Assembly: GCF_009914755.1 (NCBI RefSeq)
Contig: NC_060941.1
DNA length: 64,000 nt
Reading direction: 5' to 3' (one strand)
Source of the DNA: the human T2T-CHM13v2.0 reference genome, Homo sapiens
Positions 1 through 21,501 of the stretch are shown here, piece after piece. A program made the position numbers and the translations under genes. The notes under the pieces were generated by a model that saw nothing but the letters and a program-made list of their open reading frames with translations, had not been told where the DNA came from and did not search any database. Positions within the stretch are counted from its first letter, which is position 1, and every line of letters begins with the position of its first letter.

Positions 1-2
1 TA

Positions 3-290
3 GGCCAGGCACAGTGGCTCACGCTTGTAATCCCAGCACCTTGGGAGGCTGAGGCAGGTAGATCACCTGAGGTCAGGAGTTCAAGACCACCCTGGCCAAC
101 ATGGCAAAACCTTGTCTCTACTAAAAATACAAAATTAGCTGGCCGTGGTGGCATGCATCTGTAATCCCAGCTACTCAGGAGGCTGAGGCAGGGAAATCAC
201 TTGAACCCGGGAGGTGGAGATGGCAGAGAGCTGAGATCATATCACTGCACCCCAGCCTGGGCAACAGAGCGAGACTCCATCTAAAAAAAA
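3..290 (+). mobile_element. Alu SINE (AluS-type)
   Basis: GGCCAGGCACAGTGGCTCACGC start, two arms with central TACTAAAAATACAAAA linker, short A tail. Confidence 0.95.
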
Positions 291-370
291 TGTGCATATA
301 TATCTTTATATATACAAATGTTTATAAAATGTATGTGTATATATGTACATATATATACATATGCATTTCT

Positions 371-4069
<3,699 letters not shown>

Positions 4070-5912
4070 TAAATCCTGGTCCTAGTTTCACCACTCAACA
4101 TTTTACCAAATACAGATGTAAATTAAAATGGTCATCATTCTCCCAGCCTAAGAAAAGTTCTTATCATAGGAATCTTTCAAACTAATCACTAAAGTAACAG
4201 ATCTGGTCATTGTCCTTTATATGTACACACATTTCCCAACCAGATACCTAGTTTTAAATTTATATCTACATGAATTTTAATATATTTTACATAAACACTT
4301 TTTCAGGGAAAAGTGCATGCAACATGCAAAATTATAACATTAATGGTATGTCTAGTGTGGTGCCTGGCATATAATAAGTGCTCAATGACTGTTAAATACA
4401 TGATAGCTCTTTAGTTCCACTGGCGGGGCAGGGTCTCAAAACCCATCTGTTTTCAGTTAAATCCCAAAAGTCTGACTGGCTATTTGTCTGAAGAATATTC
4501 AAAAATCAGGATAAAGCAAAGAAAATTTTTAATCATTACGTCCTCTCAAATCTAAAATTTTGTGATTCTATTATGAGAAATAGCAATCATTATGTGTCCT
4601 TCAGAACATACAAACCTACAGGAACATAAATACATACATACATACATACCTGTGTGTAACATCATCTTTCACTGTCCTCACCACAATGCTACCACCCACA
4701 TTTACATACCAAAAAACAAAACAAAACAAAATAAAACATCTGAGAATAAGAGAGTTAGTAAATTCCCTAAGGCTCATATTTGGGAACTACAATCCTTGTA
4801 GGTTTTTTAATTGTATTCTGTGATTTGCTGGAAAAAAATCCTAAACTTACTCTCTATATCTGTGCCCTTATCTCAATTCAAATAACTTTCAGAAAGGCCA
4901 ATCCATAAAGGTTTTATCTAAGTTCCAGCTTTCTTATTAATAAGATGTGATAAATAATATCTACCCTGTTTAACTTAAATAGGTTGCTAGAGGATCAAAA
5001 ATTATGTGGTATATATAAGTACTTTGTCAACAACAGAGATATAGTTACACATGTACCGAACTTTTATAGTGTTATCAGCTCACAGATTGAAATTAATACT
5101 AAATTCTGTAATCTCCATTAATAAGATCGGTGCATAATTAAAAATTAGTAGGAGTAATGTTAAATTCAGTTTTTCTCTGGGTAATATTTAAAAATTTTTC
5201 TCACAAAGATTGATTATACCCCATTAAATTATCAAATAGATAATATAGTACTTACAGTTTTTGCTAAGTGATTATAATGAATAATTTTTATTGGCTTGAT
5301 AAAAATCTATCCATGTAATTAAGGAGACTGATAATTATAACTCAGGGTAATGCCCGATAAAAGTGAGAATGTTTTCTCTCATCTTACTTGGGATAGTTTT
5401 GTTTTATAAAATATTATGTCCAATGGCTGATGAAATAGGAAGCAAGGCCCCGATCAAAGGTCCCAATTACAATACAGATATATTCTAGGACAACTTCCTG
5501 CCATTCAACATAATTTCCCACCTTCTAATATTCTCTTTCCCAGAAGATAAATTTTCAATGAAATAAAAATCAGAACTTCCTGGAAATATTTAACAAGTCA
5601 TTTATTATGATTCTCCAATTGTTTTGACCATTTATCGTGCTAAGGAAAATAAAAGAAAACTACAAAAATAGTTGATTGTATACAGTCACATACATCCATA
5701 CTCAATCAAATCTGGATAAAAATTCAATTTTGGATACAAAAGTTTTTATTCAGATTAGAGAATTAAATACCTTATAAAGAAGTCCATCACTCTTACATTG
5801 GAGAAATAAAAATGGAAAAAGAGACCAAAATCCAGAGTGAGAGCCAAATTATTTCTTTTTAGAAGGGCTTTATCTCATCACACCATAAATTCATCCTCCA
5901 CATATCCTTTAA

Positions 5913-6221
<309 letters not shown>

Positions 6222-6526
6222 TAATCATATTACCTTTGAAATGGTACTTAATAGTTTGCAAATTAGTCTCATCCTTATTTAAAAACCAGAGAAAAAATGG
6301 AAGATTTGGTCTCTTTTTTTTCTTTTTGCAGATGAGAAAATGGAATTTCAGAAAACACATGATGCCGCTTCTTCAAGGTAAAGTAAGAATCAATTCCTGA
6401 GCTGACAAACCTACGTGTCCTTACTCTGGGTCTGGTGCTCTTTATATTAAAGGTGTGTGGCATGGTGGTCCTCTTCTCTCTTTGCAGAGACAGTCTATTC
6501 AGAGAAACAGATTAGAAAATAAAAAA

Positions 6527-7075
<549 letters not shown>

Positions 7076-8424
7076 AGTGACGAAAGCACACAGCTATTAA
7101 ATGAAAGACCAGAATGACAAGGAGCCAGTCCCAAGAAAAGCAAGGTATGTGAAAACCCTGAGTCAGGAAATAGCTGGGTGCATCAAAGAACTGAGAGATG
7201 ACTGGTGTGACTGAAATATGTTTTTTAAAAAGGGAGAAGAGTGATACTAAATAATAGGGAGGACTGGCAAGAGTGAATTATGCAAGGTCTTGGATGTCAT
7301 GAAGGTAAGTTGAGTGTTTAAGCAGTGAAATGAGAAGCCATTGGAGATTTTTTAAAGTACATTTAAAAAATAATTTGAATTGCATTTTTCATTCAGTCTG
7401 ACTGAAAAATCCATGTTTGTTGAGGTTTGACAACCATCTTATTATATATTTATTTATCCATTCACTCGTTTACTTAACAAGCAATTGCTAAATGCTGATT
7501 TTAGTATATATCTTTACCCAGAGTTTGCTATTTCAGCAATATCATGTATTCACCAAACCAAATATTTATTCACTAACACTAAATGGTTATATCTGGGTTT
7601 TTTTCAATAATTCCTTAATCCTAGCAGCTTGCACAACACTAGGTACGTGTAGTTGAAATAAAAATAGTCAACTTGTTATTTCCGTTAAATCAACCATTTA
7701 ATGGATTTTCTTTTTCCCAGGATCGACTGGTTATTTTGATATCATGTCCTATTTCTTAGAACTTTAGTCTTCTTGCTTTCTGTTTCCAGGTAAGAATTTA
7801 AAAGTTATTGCAAAATGGTAAATATATGTTTCTCAAGACAGGCAGGTATCAGGTTCTGACAATGATAAACAGCACTTATAACATTACCTATAGAGATCAC
7901 ACTGAGACATAAAGTTAAGGGTTTTTATTCTTGGTATAACTTTCATCTTCTACACTTAACAAACAGGCAAGACCAGCCAAAAAGATGAGCAGTCTGAAAT
8001 ATCATATCTGAAGCTATCCAATATTTGGTATAGCAAACATTTATTAAATATCTACTATGTGCAAAATGATATCCTGAAGCACCATAGGAAATATAAATGG
8101 TACGCTCTCATGCTTGCACATCTTTAATGACATGAGGTCTTGATTTTACGCAATTTTACTCTATGTTGTTAGACAATAATACCAAATGTTATATTTTGTA
8201 GCAAATCTTCTTCAGAAACCTAAAAGTAGCTTTCCCAGTAAAACTGCATTGTGTCTCATTTGTGAAATCAGGAGTATCTTTAAACGTTCAGCTTATGAAA
8301 ATAAAATAAATTTCAAAGGCCACAGGTGTATCAAAGGATCATCTTTTTATTCACGGAACCACAGGATCATAAAATCTCTGAGTAGAAAGAGACCTAGAGG
8401 GCGTCCAGCCCTATGCTTTCAGGC

Positions 8425-8585
8425 TTCACAGTAACATAAGAATAACCTGGGGTGTGATTTTAGCAAAATGGATTCCCAGGTTCTGGCCCCTGGAGATTAA
8501 TTCAGTAGGTCTGAGTGGAGCCAGGCAATCTGTACTTTGTAAAAGCTTCCCAGGTGATTTTGATATGTAGCCTGGTTTGAGAATT
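8425..8585. mobile_element. MER5B-like hAT-Charlie MITE
   Basis: TTCAGTAGGTCTGAGTGGAGCCAGGCAATCTG...CCCAGGTGATTTTGAT...TTTGAGAA. Confidence 0.65.
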
Positions 8586-11284
8586 CAAATCTAGCCCAAC
8601 TCCTGGGTCTGATATGGAAATGTGTTCTGCACTACCTTTCCCTACAAGCTGTCATTTAGTTTCTGTTTTAATATACATGGGATAGAACCCTGACTCTCAA
8701 AAACTGTTGTAGTTATTAGAATGATATCTATATATCTGTATCTATCTGTATGTATGTATGTGCATGTGTGTGTATAAGTGTGTGTGAATATATGTGTGTG
8801 TATCTATATCTATCTATATCTATATCTGTCAGTATCTGTTTCCAAAAATGATGCTGTAGGCTCCGTGAAGGTAGAAGTTAGGACTGTTTTCTGTACTACT
8901 ACATAATCTACCACTTAGTATAGACCTTTATATTTAGGAGATAGTTATTAAGTTTCACTGAATGCACACTAGATTGAAGTTCTTATTAGTTTGATCTGAA
9001 GTTGGAAACATCCATCTATTATTAAGCTAGTTTTTATAGTTTTAGGAAATTTAATGTCTGCATGACAGATAGAAGGAATACAACTATGAATAAGTTATCC
9101 TCTTTGCTTCTCTCAAAGCTTATTTTTTTTTAACCTGGAAAGATGCAGATTCTTTTCACACACATTCGTAAGTGCAATGTCAAAAATATGGAATAAATGT
9201 GGGAGTTGAGATAAAGGAAACTAACTAATCTGTGATTGAGGTAGAGGAAAGGGAGCTATGAATATCTGTGAGTACTTTCTAAGAAAAATGATGATGAGTT
9301 GAGTCTTGAGGGCCTAGCGCTTGAATTTTTGAATGTCAACACACCTTAAATCAAATACAACAAATTATATTCCTCTTCTATAAGGTAGCCATGTAAATGT
9401 ATATAGAAAGATCTGTCTCTCAAACTCTCTAGGACAAATATCCAAATTCCTCCAACCATTTCTCAAATACAAGTATTTTATATCACTTTTCATATTTATT
9501 CCAATATCAAATTATATTAAATATTCTGAATCGTATCATCTGAAGAACATTCTTTGAAGATGAGAAATATAGCACATCTTCCAAGTTAAAGAGCTATAGC
9601 TTTAGTGTGAATTAGAAGCAAACAACACTAGCTTGAACACTGAACTCCTAGCTTTAGTGTGAATTACAAGCAAACAACACTAACATAAAATGGAAGTGAA
9701 ACCCAGCCTCTCCACTCAGCATGCTAAATAGAGTTGAAAGCTAAAAGATGGCCAACACAAATGGATTTAAAGTGACAGAGGGACAATTTTTAGCTTTGTT
9801 ATCTTGGCTAACTTTATAGATGAATATCCACAATTAAAAAATATATAGAAATCTTATAGATATCTCCAGGTAGACAACCCCATTTAATAAGCAGGGGAAA
9901 GATGGCTCTGAGTTAATACTGTTGTCATAGAAACAATTCTTGCCTATTAAATCAATGTGAGGTTTGGAGAAGTATGGACTTATCTGGATAGGTTAAGGGT
10001 AGAGCATTGGGAAAATGTAGAAATGTTAGGAGACAGAGACACTAGCTGTAATGGTGAAATACCACTCTCATTCTAAAAGTTAATTTCCTCTTTTTAAAAA
10101 AGGCATAAACTTAGTAAGATACCTCTCTCCTCTTTAAAAAATAACTTTATAAATGAAAATGATGCATTTCATTTCTTCAAAGAGATTTGGGAAAATCTAT
10201 TGAACTCCTCTGAATAACTAAATCAACCTCAGTTTGTATCCCCATACTGGAAAAGTACAGCCCCCCAGGGTGATCAGACAGGTCCAACAGCTGCTAGATG
10301 TCTGTTAAAACAGTGTTAGAAAGGCACGTATGTGATGCATATCTCCTGGGAGATCTGTATCTAAAATGAGACTAGAAATCACATTCTCTTGTATAAATCA
10401 ACTTTGACAAGCCCCAAACTGGGAATATATCTGTAATTAATAAATGAAAATTACAAAGCTCATTTCCTGCGCTTACTTCCACCCACCCTACCCACTCTTG
10501 TGGGGCTACACCTGACACTTATTAGGCTTTTGAAAAAAGGAGACTTAAAATAAAGAGAATCTATCACTCAACGGTTTGTCAAGGCATGAGCTTTTTTAGT
10601 AGGTTCACAGAACAAAATGTGTAAATGGTAAGTTCCTTGAAGGATTTCTTTGACATAAGAAATAGCACAAAGTGAGCATGTACTGCTTGGTTCTATTCAG
10701 TTAAAAATATAGGGGTGGCTTTGGTCTCTAATCTGGAGAAACTGCTCATCTACCAAAAGCTATTCAGGGCATGGCCAAGGCTGATATCTTGCATCTAGGG
10801 CCTTCTTGTTTTGACAAATGCTGTATTTATCTCATTACTCAAGATTCACAGTGGTTTTTGGTTTTAAGATGGACTAGTCTGGCAGAATAAATTCCATTAA
10901 ATGAGAGAGTTAGGCAGATGGTTTCTGAATTGTGAATTTTATATCAGCAAATATAAAAAGGGATTGCTCCAAAGAAGTTCCAGACTATTGGAATTGTAAA
11001 AGCACCCAATCAGCTCTCTATAAACAGATTACTGTTATTTTCACCAATGATAATTTTTTTTAATGTACTACTAAAAATTAGGCTTTGGGTTCCCTTGACT
11101 AGCCAAATTCGACCAGTAATAGACACCATTTCTTCAGAAGGGGTGTCTTTATCTAATGCTATTGTGCCTGGCTATTGTCAAGAAGGTCAGAGAAACCTGT
11201 CCAGGGTAGTGATGTTTGAGGTAGGTATTGAAGAGCTCAGGAAAACCATGAAGACAAGGAAGGATTATTGTCAGAGGGCTGTAC

Positions 11285-11471
11285 TAGTAATTCTCAAAAT
11301 GTTGTCCCTGCACCCAGCAGCACCAACATTGCCTGGGAACTTGTTAAACATGCAAATTTTCAGCCCCACTTCAGACTTACTGAATCAACAACTCTGGCAT
11401 GGAGCCTAGTAGCCTGTGTTTTAACAAGCCCTGCAGTTGATTTTCACATATCTTAATATTGAGAACCACCG
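11285..11471. mobile_element. MER5A hAT MITE within a degenerate L2
   Basis: TAGTAATTCTCAAA...TTGAGAACCACCG termini and typical internal MER5A motifs. Confidence 0.8.
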
Positions 11472-12407
11472 GACTAGCAATTTGAAATTTGAAAGAAAAT
11501 GGTGTGTTTGAAGGGCTGCAATTTCTTCCACATGGCTCAATTTTAGATTAAGTATGGATAGTGGGAAATCTTGAGGATGACAAAGCAGGCAAGATGATGA
11601 TGTGCCTTAAGTCTTCATATGGAATTTATACCATATCATTAGGATGATGAGGAGCTAACAAATGCTTAAAAGCAGTGAATTAATAAGGAAGAACCTGTTA
11701 AAATAACTCTAGGAGCAGTGTGAGAAATAGACTAAGTCCCTGACTGGATGAGGTTGCAAAAAAAAAAAAAAAAGAAAAAAGAAAACAAGCTCATAATTGG
11801 TTGGGAGATTAAATGATATCATGGTTATGGAAGACTTCTAGAGACTGGGAAAGGACTACCTAAGTTAGGATGGGCTGAAAGGGGAAGAACACAAAGATCT
11901 GTGTCAGGATTTTAAAGATGAATAAATGTTGAAGTTACTAAAAGCAATTAAAAATAACAAAGACCTGCCATTTTCAGTAAGAAAATAACAGAATCAGTTT
12001 TGGATTTGTTAACTTTTTAGTTCCTGCAGGTGACTACAAGTTTAGGACTCATAATTCTGGTTATCAACAATCTATCTAGCCAGCTTTATATAAAATTAAA
12101 CTGTAGGAACAAATGCAATATACTAGGGAAACTATATAAAAGAGAAAAGAACTGAAAAAATGTCCTGAAATTGCTATGAAAACCTGTATGAACATGTTGG
12201 AGAGAAAGAGGGAGTAAAAGGAAACTTTTCTCTCTGATTTTGGCACTATTATCATGGATCTGCTCATCCATTGTCTGTCTAAAACATTACTAGCTAAGAT
12301 GAAAACACTATGGCTAGCCTGGAGGGTCTAGAGTTTTCATAATTTTGAGAGAGACCCAGCTTTTTCAAAGGTAACGGTTAAAAAAACAAAGCAAAACAAA
12401 CTATTAT

Positions 12408-12714
12408 GTGGGCTCAGTGGCTCAAGCCTATATTTCTATCACTTTGGGAGGGTGAGAAGGGAGACTCCCTTGAGGTCAGGAGTTTGAGACCAGTCTCTGT
12501 GCAACACAGTGAGACCTCATCCCTAGCAAAAAAAAAAAAAAGAAAAAAAAAAAAAAGAAAGAAACAAAGAAAGAAAATAGCAAAGCATCCTGACACATGC
12601 CTGTAATTCCAGCTACTCAGGAAGCTGAGATGGTAGGATGGCTTTAACCTAGGAGTATGAGGTGGCAGTGAGCTATGATCAGGCCACTGTACTCCAACTT
12701 GAATGACAGAGTGC
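12408..12714 (+). mobile_element. AluJ with expanded A-rich linker
   Basis: Diverged Alu dimer with AluJ-type GGATGGCTT and GAGCTATGAT motifs. Confidence 0.85.
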
Positions 12715-13689
12715 TAATGACAAATACAGTGTATTAAGAATATCTACATCATGGCCTTGAAACCAAGAAAGAACAACTGATTTAAAGCACAACTTTAAGT
12801 ATTGATAATTTGGGGAAATAAAACATGATATTTTTTAGAAGACAATTGCCTAAAGCCCTTTCTCCTCTCCCTCCACCTGCATACAACCTCCTCTTGAAAT
12901 GAGCACTGCTTACTTATCTAATTTATCCAGTATCCTCCTTCCACCTTCTTTTCAAAATCTAAGCTTTACTAGACTGACTGAACAGAAAAGTTAGTTTATA
13001 GTAGAATTTATTTCTATAGAGGCCCTTATTCCTAGGGAAGGTTGTAACTTGCTACTTCATGTTACTTTGGAGCTATAATTATGATAAAATTCAACAGTCC
13101 AAAAGACAACATGCACGGGTGTTGCTAGTGAGCTGAACGTAAGGCATCACCCTTACTCTGAGCTTGGCCTGTCTAAAAGTCAATGTCATTTATTTTATAA
13201 GCTAATTCTTATGCATGAAAATATTGCAATCTTGGCAAAATATATTTTTGCATCCGATGGTCTTAGCTGCCTTCCAGCCTTGCTTAACAACTTCTAAAGG
13301 ACACACACAAGTACTGCAGGGGTGGGGGGAGTATAAGTTTAATTATCTCTTTCCACACAATGCCTTTTCTTTCTCTCCCAATTATGGATAATGAGGCCAG
13401 AAGTGTAATTACTGAAGGAGTTTGGAAAGGTAATTACTGAACTAATCTCAAAAATGGTGGTGACCACAGCACAACAAAACTCACTTTATAGCTGTCAGAG
13501 CCACTTGGAATGTGATATACATGTTGTGTTTGCAAACCCAGGTGCTGTACGAAAGGTAGTTTCATATTAGCAAATTACCACAACGACCTGCTACATTCTA
13601 CTCATTTTGATTTTGTAATGAGAAAGCTGATTAAACTGTAATAACTTTAAGTTGTGACTCTTAAACAAGTTACACGTTTTGAAGGAGGT

Positions 13690-16285
<2,596 letters not shown>

Positions 16286-16405
16286 AGCCAATGGCGAGAG
16301 ATCAGGTCCGAAATGCTGCATTGCTGCAGTTTCCACCACTCTTATACAGGAAAACTGTCCAAATAATTATCTAAAGATCCTCCTGAGAAGCTTAAAACAT
16401 CTTAA

Positions 16406-16411
16406 AATACA
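16406..16411 (+). terminator. Candidate non-canonical poly(A) signal AATACA for KIF2B
   Basis: No AATAAA/ATTAAA in the ~190 nt between the stop and MER20; AATACA is followed ~15-55 nt later by a U/GU-rich tract. Confidence 0.45.
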
Positions 16412-16475
16412 CTGATGGGAAACATGCTCTTTCTTCTGCCTCTGTATTTCTGTAGTTTGTTTTCATCCTGCTGAA

Positions 16476-17032
16476 CTATAGTTTTCAACAGGGAATGGTT
16501 CCTCCCCACCCCCTACCAGGACATTTGGCGATGTCTGGAAACATTTTTGATTGTCACAACTGGGGGTGATGAGGATACTGGCATACAGTAGTTTGAGGAC
16601 CAGAAATGCTGCTAAGCATTCTAAAGTGTGCAGCAGCAGTCCCCAACCTTTTTGACACCACAGACCGGTTTTGTGGAAGGGAGTTGTTCCGTGGGTGGGG
16701 TTGGGGATGAAACTGTTCCACTTCAGATCATCAGGCATTAGTCTCCTAAGGAGCATGCAACAACCTATATCCCTCACATGCACAGTTCACAATAGGGTTC
16801 ATGCTCCTGTAAGAATCTAATGCTCCTGCTGATCTGACAAGAGGGGGAGCTCAGGCGGTAATGCCCGCTCACTGCCAGCTTGCCTTCTGTTGTGTAGTGT
16901 GATTCCCAAAAGACCACAGACCTACCGGTCTGCAGCCCAGGGGTTGGGGACCCTGAAGTGTACAGGACAGCTTCTCACAGCAAGTGACTACCCTGTTGCA
17001 AACATCAATGGTATCGAGGTAGAGAAACCCTG
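16476..17032. mobile_element. MER20 (hAT) split by a MER1 insertion
   Basis: GGACATTTGGCGATGTCTGGAAACATTTTTGATTGTCACAACTGGGG and terminal GAGAAACCCTG. Confidence 0.85.
16634..16955. mobile_element. MER1B-like hAT MITE
   Basis: CAGCAGTCCCCAACC...GGTTGGGGACCCTG TIRs; flanking duplication AAGTGT(G/A)CAG. Confidence 0.88.
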
Positions 17033-19063
17033 CTGTAGAAGAAACCAGCTGTGATGAAAGCAGATACACTAAATTTCCAGCTGGGAAAGCAAAACACTGT
17101 GAGTTAAAGGAAATAGATTGGAAAGACACCAGGGGTACACAATGGAGTAAATCTAATGATACTGCTCATGAATCTTTCTCTTGCATTGCTGTTTAGATTC
17201 AAATGGTTTTTAAGATCTAATCATATTGGGAGGCTGGATTTTCCTTGAAACCATGTATGAGAGCCTAGAATTGAGAGGGACTTTTTAAAAGAAACATTTG
17301 AGTTGAAATGGCAAAGTATTGTACTCCCTAGAAGTGATTAAAGTGCATGTGTGTAGGGGTGTGTGTATGTGTGTGTGCACGTTTTGCCTAAGTAGGGCTT
17401 TGTTGACTATAGTGTCTTTAATTTTTTTTTCCTCACACACTCTTTACCATATATTGTATTTATATGCTTCACATAAAAAGCCTTCCTGTATCAAGTTGGA
17501 GCAGGGTATAAGACAAACAGTAGAAAAACTCCCACCTAAAATGGGACACATCCCATAAATACCTCAAAAGTAGCATCAGAAACATTGATACCTTAGATTG
17601 ATTAGATAATTGAAACATTTTCCTGATTCAAGGATCACAAAGTCCATTCTTTCTTTTAAAAAAAAGCTAATCTGATACGTAAATACAAATATAATAAATA
17701 ATACGTGCAGCAAACTAATATAATTAGCAAACATTATATAAAATACTGTAACAAAAAAAGAAGGGTCTTTCCGTTTCAAATCTTATAAGTTCCAAATGCT
17801 TTTTAAAAAGAAATAAATAGAAATGATTTGCAAAAAAGAAAAGTCCATGGCAGATTAAGGAAATTTAGACAATACATAGTCTCCAAATTTTGCTACTCTC
17901 ATTATTTTCAAATGTTTTCCTAAAAGTTACAAAGACCTCATTAACATTAGGATAACTGGCACATTACTATAGCGTAGAATAATAATGTCCTAGCAAAAGC
18001 TATCAGTGTAAAACAATAAGGATGACCATGAACATCTGGTCTTTCGTAATTAATATTTGTGGTCTTTAGAAAACAAACACACACATACACACTTAGCAGT
18101 GCTTTGACTGGATTGCATTAAATCAATTAACTTGATAAAGATTAATATCGTTACAATTGTGAGTCTTCAATCCATGAATATTCCTCTTGGAAGTTTATTT
18201 AGTTCTTTATTAATTTCTCTCAGTCTTTTAGCATTGTCCATATTGAGGTGTCACATTCCTTTCATTAAAAGCATGATTAGATAGTCGATTAGATAATGTT
18301 TTTAAGGCTAATCTAAATTTTATCACATTTAAATGTAATTTTCAAAATATTCCTAATATATACGGGAAAAGTTGGTGTTTGTGTTTGGACCTTTTAATGT
18401 AATGATAAATTAACTTACTAATTCTAATAGAATTTAAAATATATTATGTTGGATGTTTTTAGGTATATAATTATGGGATTTGTAAATGATAAAAGTATTG
18501 TTTCTCTCCTTCCAATTTTTATACCTTTTATTCAAAAGTATATACTTTTATTATCTTATTCCCATAAGACCTTGTATGTAATGTTGAGTAGAAAAAGTCA
18601 TAACAAGAACTGTCTGGTTCCCTATCTCAAAGAAAATATTTTAATAGTTTAGCAATTAATATAGTTTAATGGTTCAATTTTTATGCATAGACCAATCTTG
18701 TCAGATTCAGAATTTCTTTATATCTAGTTATTGTTAATGAGTGCTAAATTTTACCCTGTCTTTTCTTCCTCTATTTAGATGACCATATGATATTTTCCTT
18801 TAGTCTCTAAGTGTAATGAATTACAATACCTTTTCAAATGTTAGATCAATCTTGCTTTTTGAAATAATTTCAACTTATACTTTTTTATACATTGTTGAAT
18901 TAGAAATAATAATAATTAGTTTAGGATTTTTGTATCTATATTCATGAGAGATGCTATAATTTTCTTTTGATATCTATCTCAGGGATTGGAATTAAGATTT
19001 GCCAACTCTATAAAACAAAATGAGAAGCCTATTCTCTTTTTCTATTTTCTGAAATCATTCGGA

Positions 19064-19362
19064 TTTTTTTTTTTTTTTTTTTGAGGTGGAGTCTCACTCT
19101 GTCACCAAGGCTGGAGTGCAATGGCAACACCTTGGCTCACTGCAAACTCCACCTCCTGGATTCAAGTAATTCTCCTGTCTCAGCCTCCAGAGTAGCTGGG
19201 ATTACAGCTGCTTGCCACCACGTCAGGCTAATTTTTGTATTTTTAGTAGAGACAGGTTTTCGCCATGTTGGCCAGGGTGGTCTCAAACTCCTGACCTCTG
19301 GTGATCCACCCACCTCAGACTCCCAAAGTGCTGGGGTTACAGGTGGGAGCCACCACACCGGT
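19064..19362 (-). mobile_element. Alu (AluS)
   Basis: Poly(T) followed by a reverse-complement Alu dimer. Confidence 0.95.
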
Positions 19363-21163
19363 ATAGATACGATTTCTATTAAATTTTTGTTAAATACTTC
19401 AAAGCTATCTGGCTCTGGAGTTATCTTTATGACAAAATTTTCTAGATTCAATTCATTTAGTGGAAATAATATTATTCAAGTTTACACTTAATATTTTTCT
19501 CATACCAGATTTAATAAATTTTATTAATTTATTCTCATAAAACTATACTATACTCATTATCTATCATGCCCATATTATTTATTTCTTTTTTTAATCCTTC
19601 CTGATACTGGTAAATTGTGTCTTCTCTTTTTTATTTTTAATGAGACTTGTTGTATGTTTATGAATTATATTTGTTTTTTCAAGGAAATAACTCTTGGCTA
19701 TTTTCTCTATTGTGTTTGTTTTTATTTTATTAATTCCATTTTTCCTTCTTTCTATTTAATTTCTACTTTTTTCATTTTATTAATTTCTATGCTTAGATAA
19801 TAAATTTGTCATCCTTTTATAGTTATTCTTTTTAACTACTGCTTTTAGTCAATCTACATTATATTTTTATTATTCAAAAAATTGAATACTCAAATATTCA
19901 AAGTATTCATTGTTTCTAATTTTCACTTACCAATAAGTTATTAAAAGCATTGTTATATGCCTATTTTTAAATTTGTTTAATCACGTTGTTGAAATATTTT
20001 ATAACACTTATTTACTTTATCTTTTACCATGATATTAAATTCTTAAACTTTAATTGTAGGCTTAACTACTTTTCCTTTTAATTCTGACAGTTTTCAGTTT
20101 ATATCTTTTGAGGTTATGTTCTAGTTGCATATACATTTGGGGTTTTATATATGCCTGTTGAGTTCACAGTTTTAACATACTAAATTTTTCTCTTTGTTTC
20201 TCGTAATTTTTCTTGAATTAAATTCTGCATTTCCTAATATTAGTATAGATAATATTAGCTTTATTTTAGTTTGTATTTGTGTGGTATATACTTTGCTGCC
20301 CTTTTATTTTGAATCTTTCTGGTCTTTACAGCTAAGATTAATTCTTTATAAAAATATATAATTGGTTCTAAATAATTTTTTAATCCCATATTATAATTTT
20401 TGTCTTTTAATGAACACATTTATGTCATTTAGATTTAATGTAACTACTGATAGATTTAGGTTTATGTCTGTGAGCATTTATTTCCTGTAACTTGAAAATC
20501 ATATCATGCATTCTTATTATTACCTTATATTTCTTCATAGAAAGTGAAACTACCTTAAATATTTTAGTTCATTGTTTTTTTCCCAGACTTTATGCTTTTT
20601 ATCTTTTAATTATTTATATGTAGAATTTAAGGCATTATATATATGCTTTTAATACATCATTATTAATATTTAAACGGTGGATATACATTTAAATAACTCA
20701 TGTTTATTTTTCTGATATTCTTAATTCTGTATACATTGTATTTAATTCTTTATATCTAATACTTTATGCTTAATTCTTTACTGTTTCCATTTAGGATCAT
20801 TTTTCTTCTTATATGACTCATATATGTGTATGTAAGAGTAAACCTGTTAGTGAAAATTCTGTTAATTTAAATAATCCTTACTTTACCTTCTCTTTTGAAG
20901 TATATTTTTGCTGCTTATGGAATTCTTGGTCATCTATTCTTTCATTTACATATTTATTTATTTATTTGCCCTTCAAAGAAATCATTATTTTGTTTTATTA
21001 TTTTGCCATTTCTATTAAAAATTAACTGTCATTTTCAGGAACTTTTAAGATTTTTTTCCTTCTCTTGATTTCAAATCAGGATTGGTTTTTCTATAATGCA
21101 ATAAGGTGTGTTTTTCTTATTTATTCTCCTTGTGTTTTATAAAACTTTTAAGTCTATCACTGA

Positions 21164-21501
<338 letters not shown>

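Noticed and set aside
9597-9682. CRISPR-like repeat-spacer-repeat
   Set aside because: Only two units, spacer too short and partly self-derived, primate DNA, no cas genes
16286-16480. Poly(A) tail or TSD relics of KIF2B retroposition
   Set aside because: None detectable; retrogene origin rests on the intronless structure only
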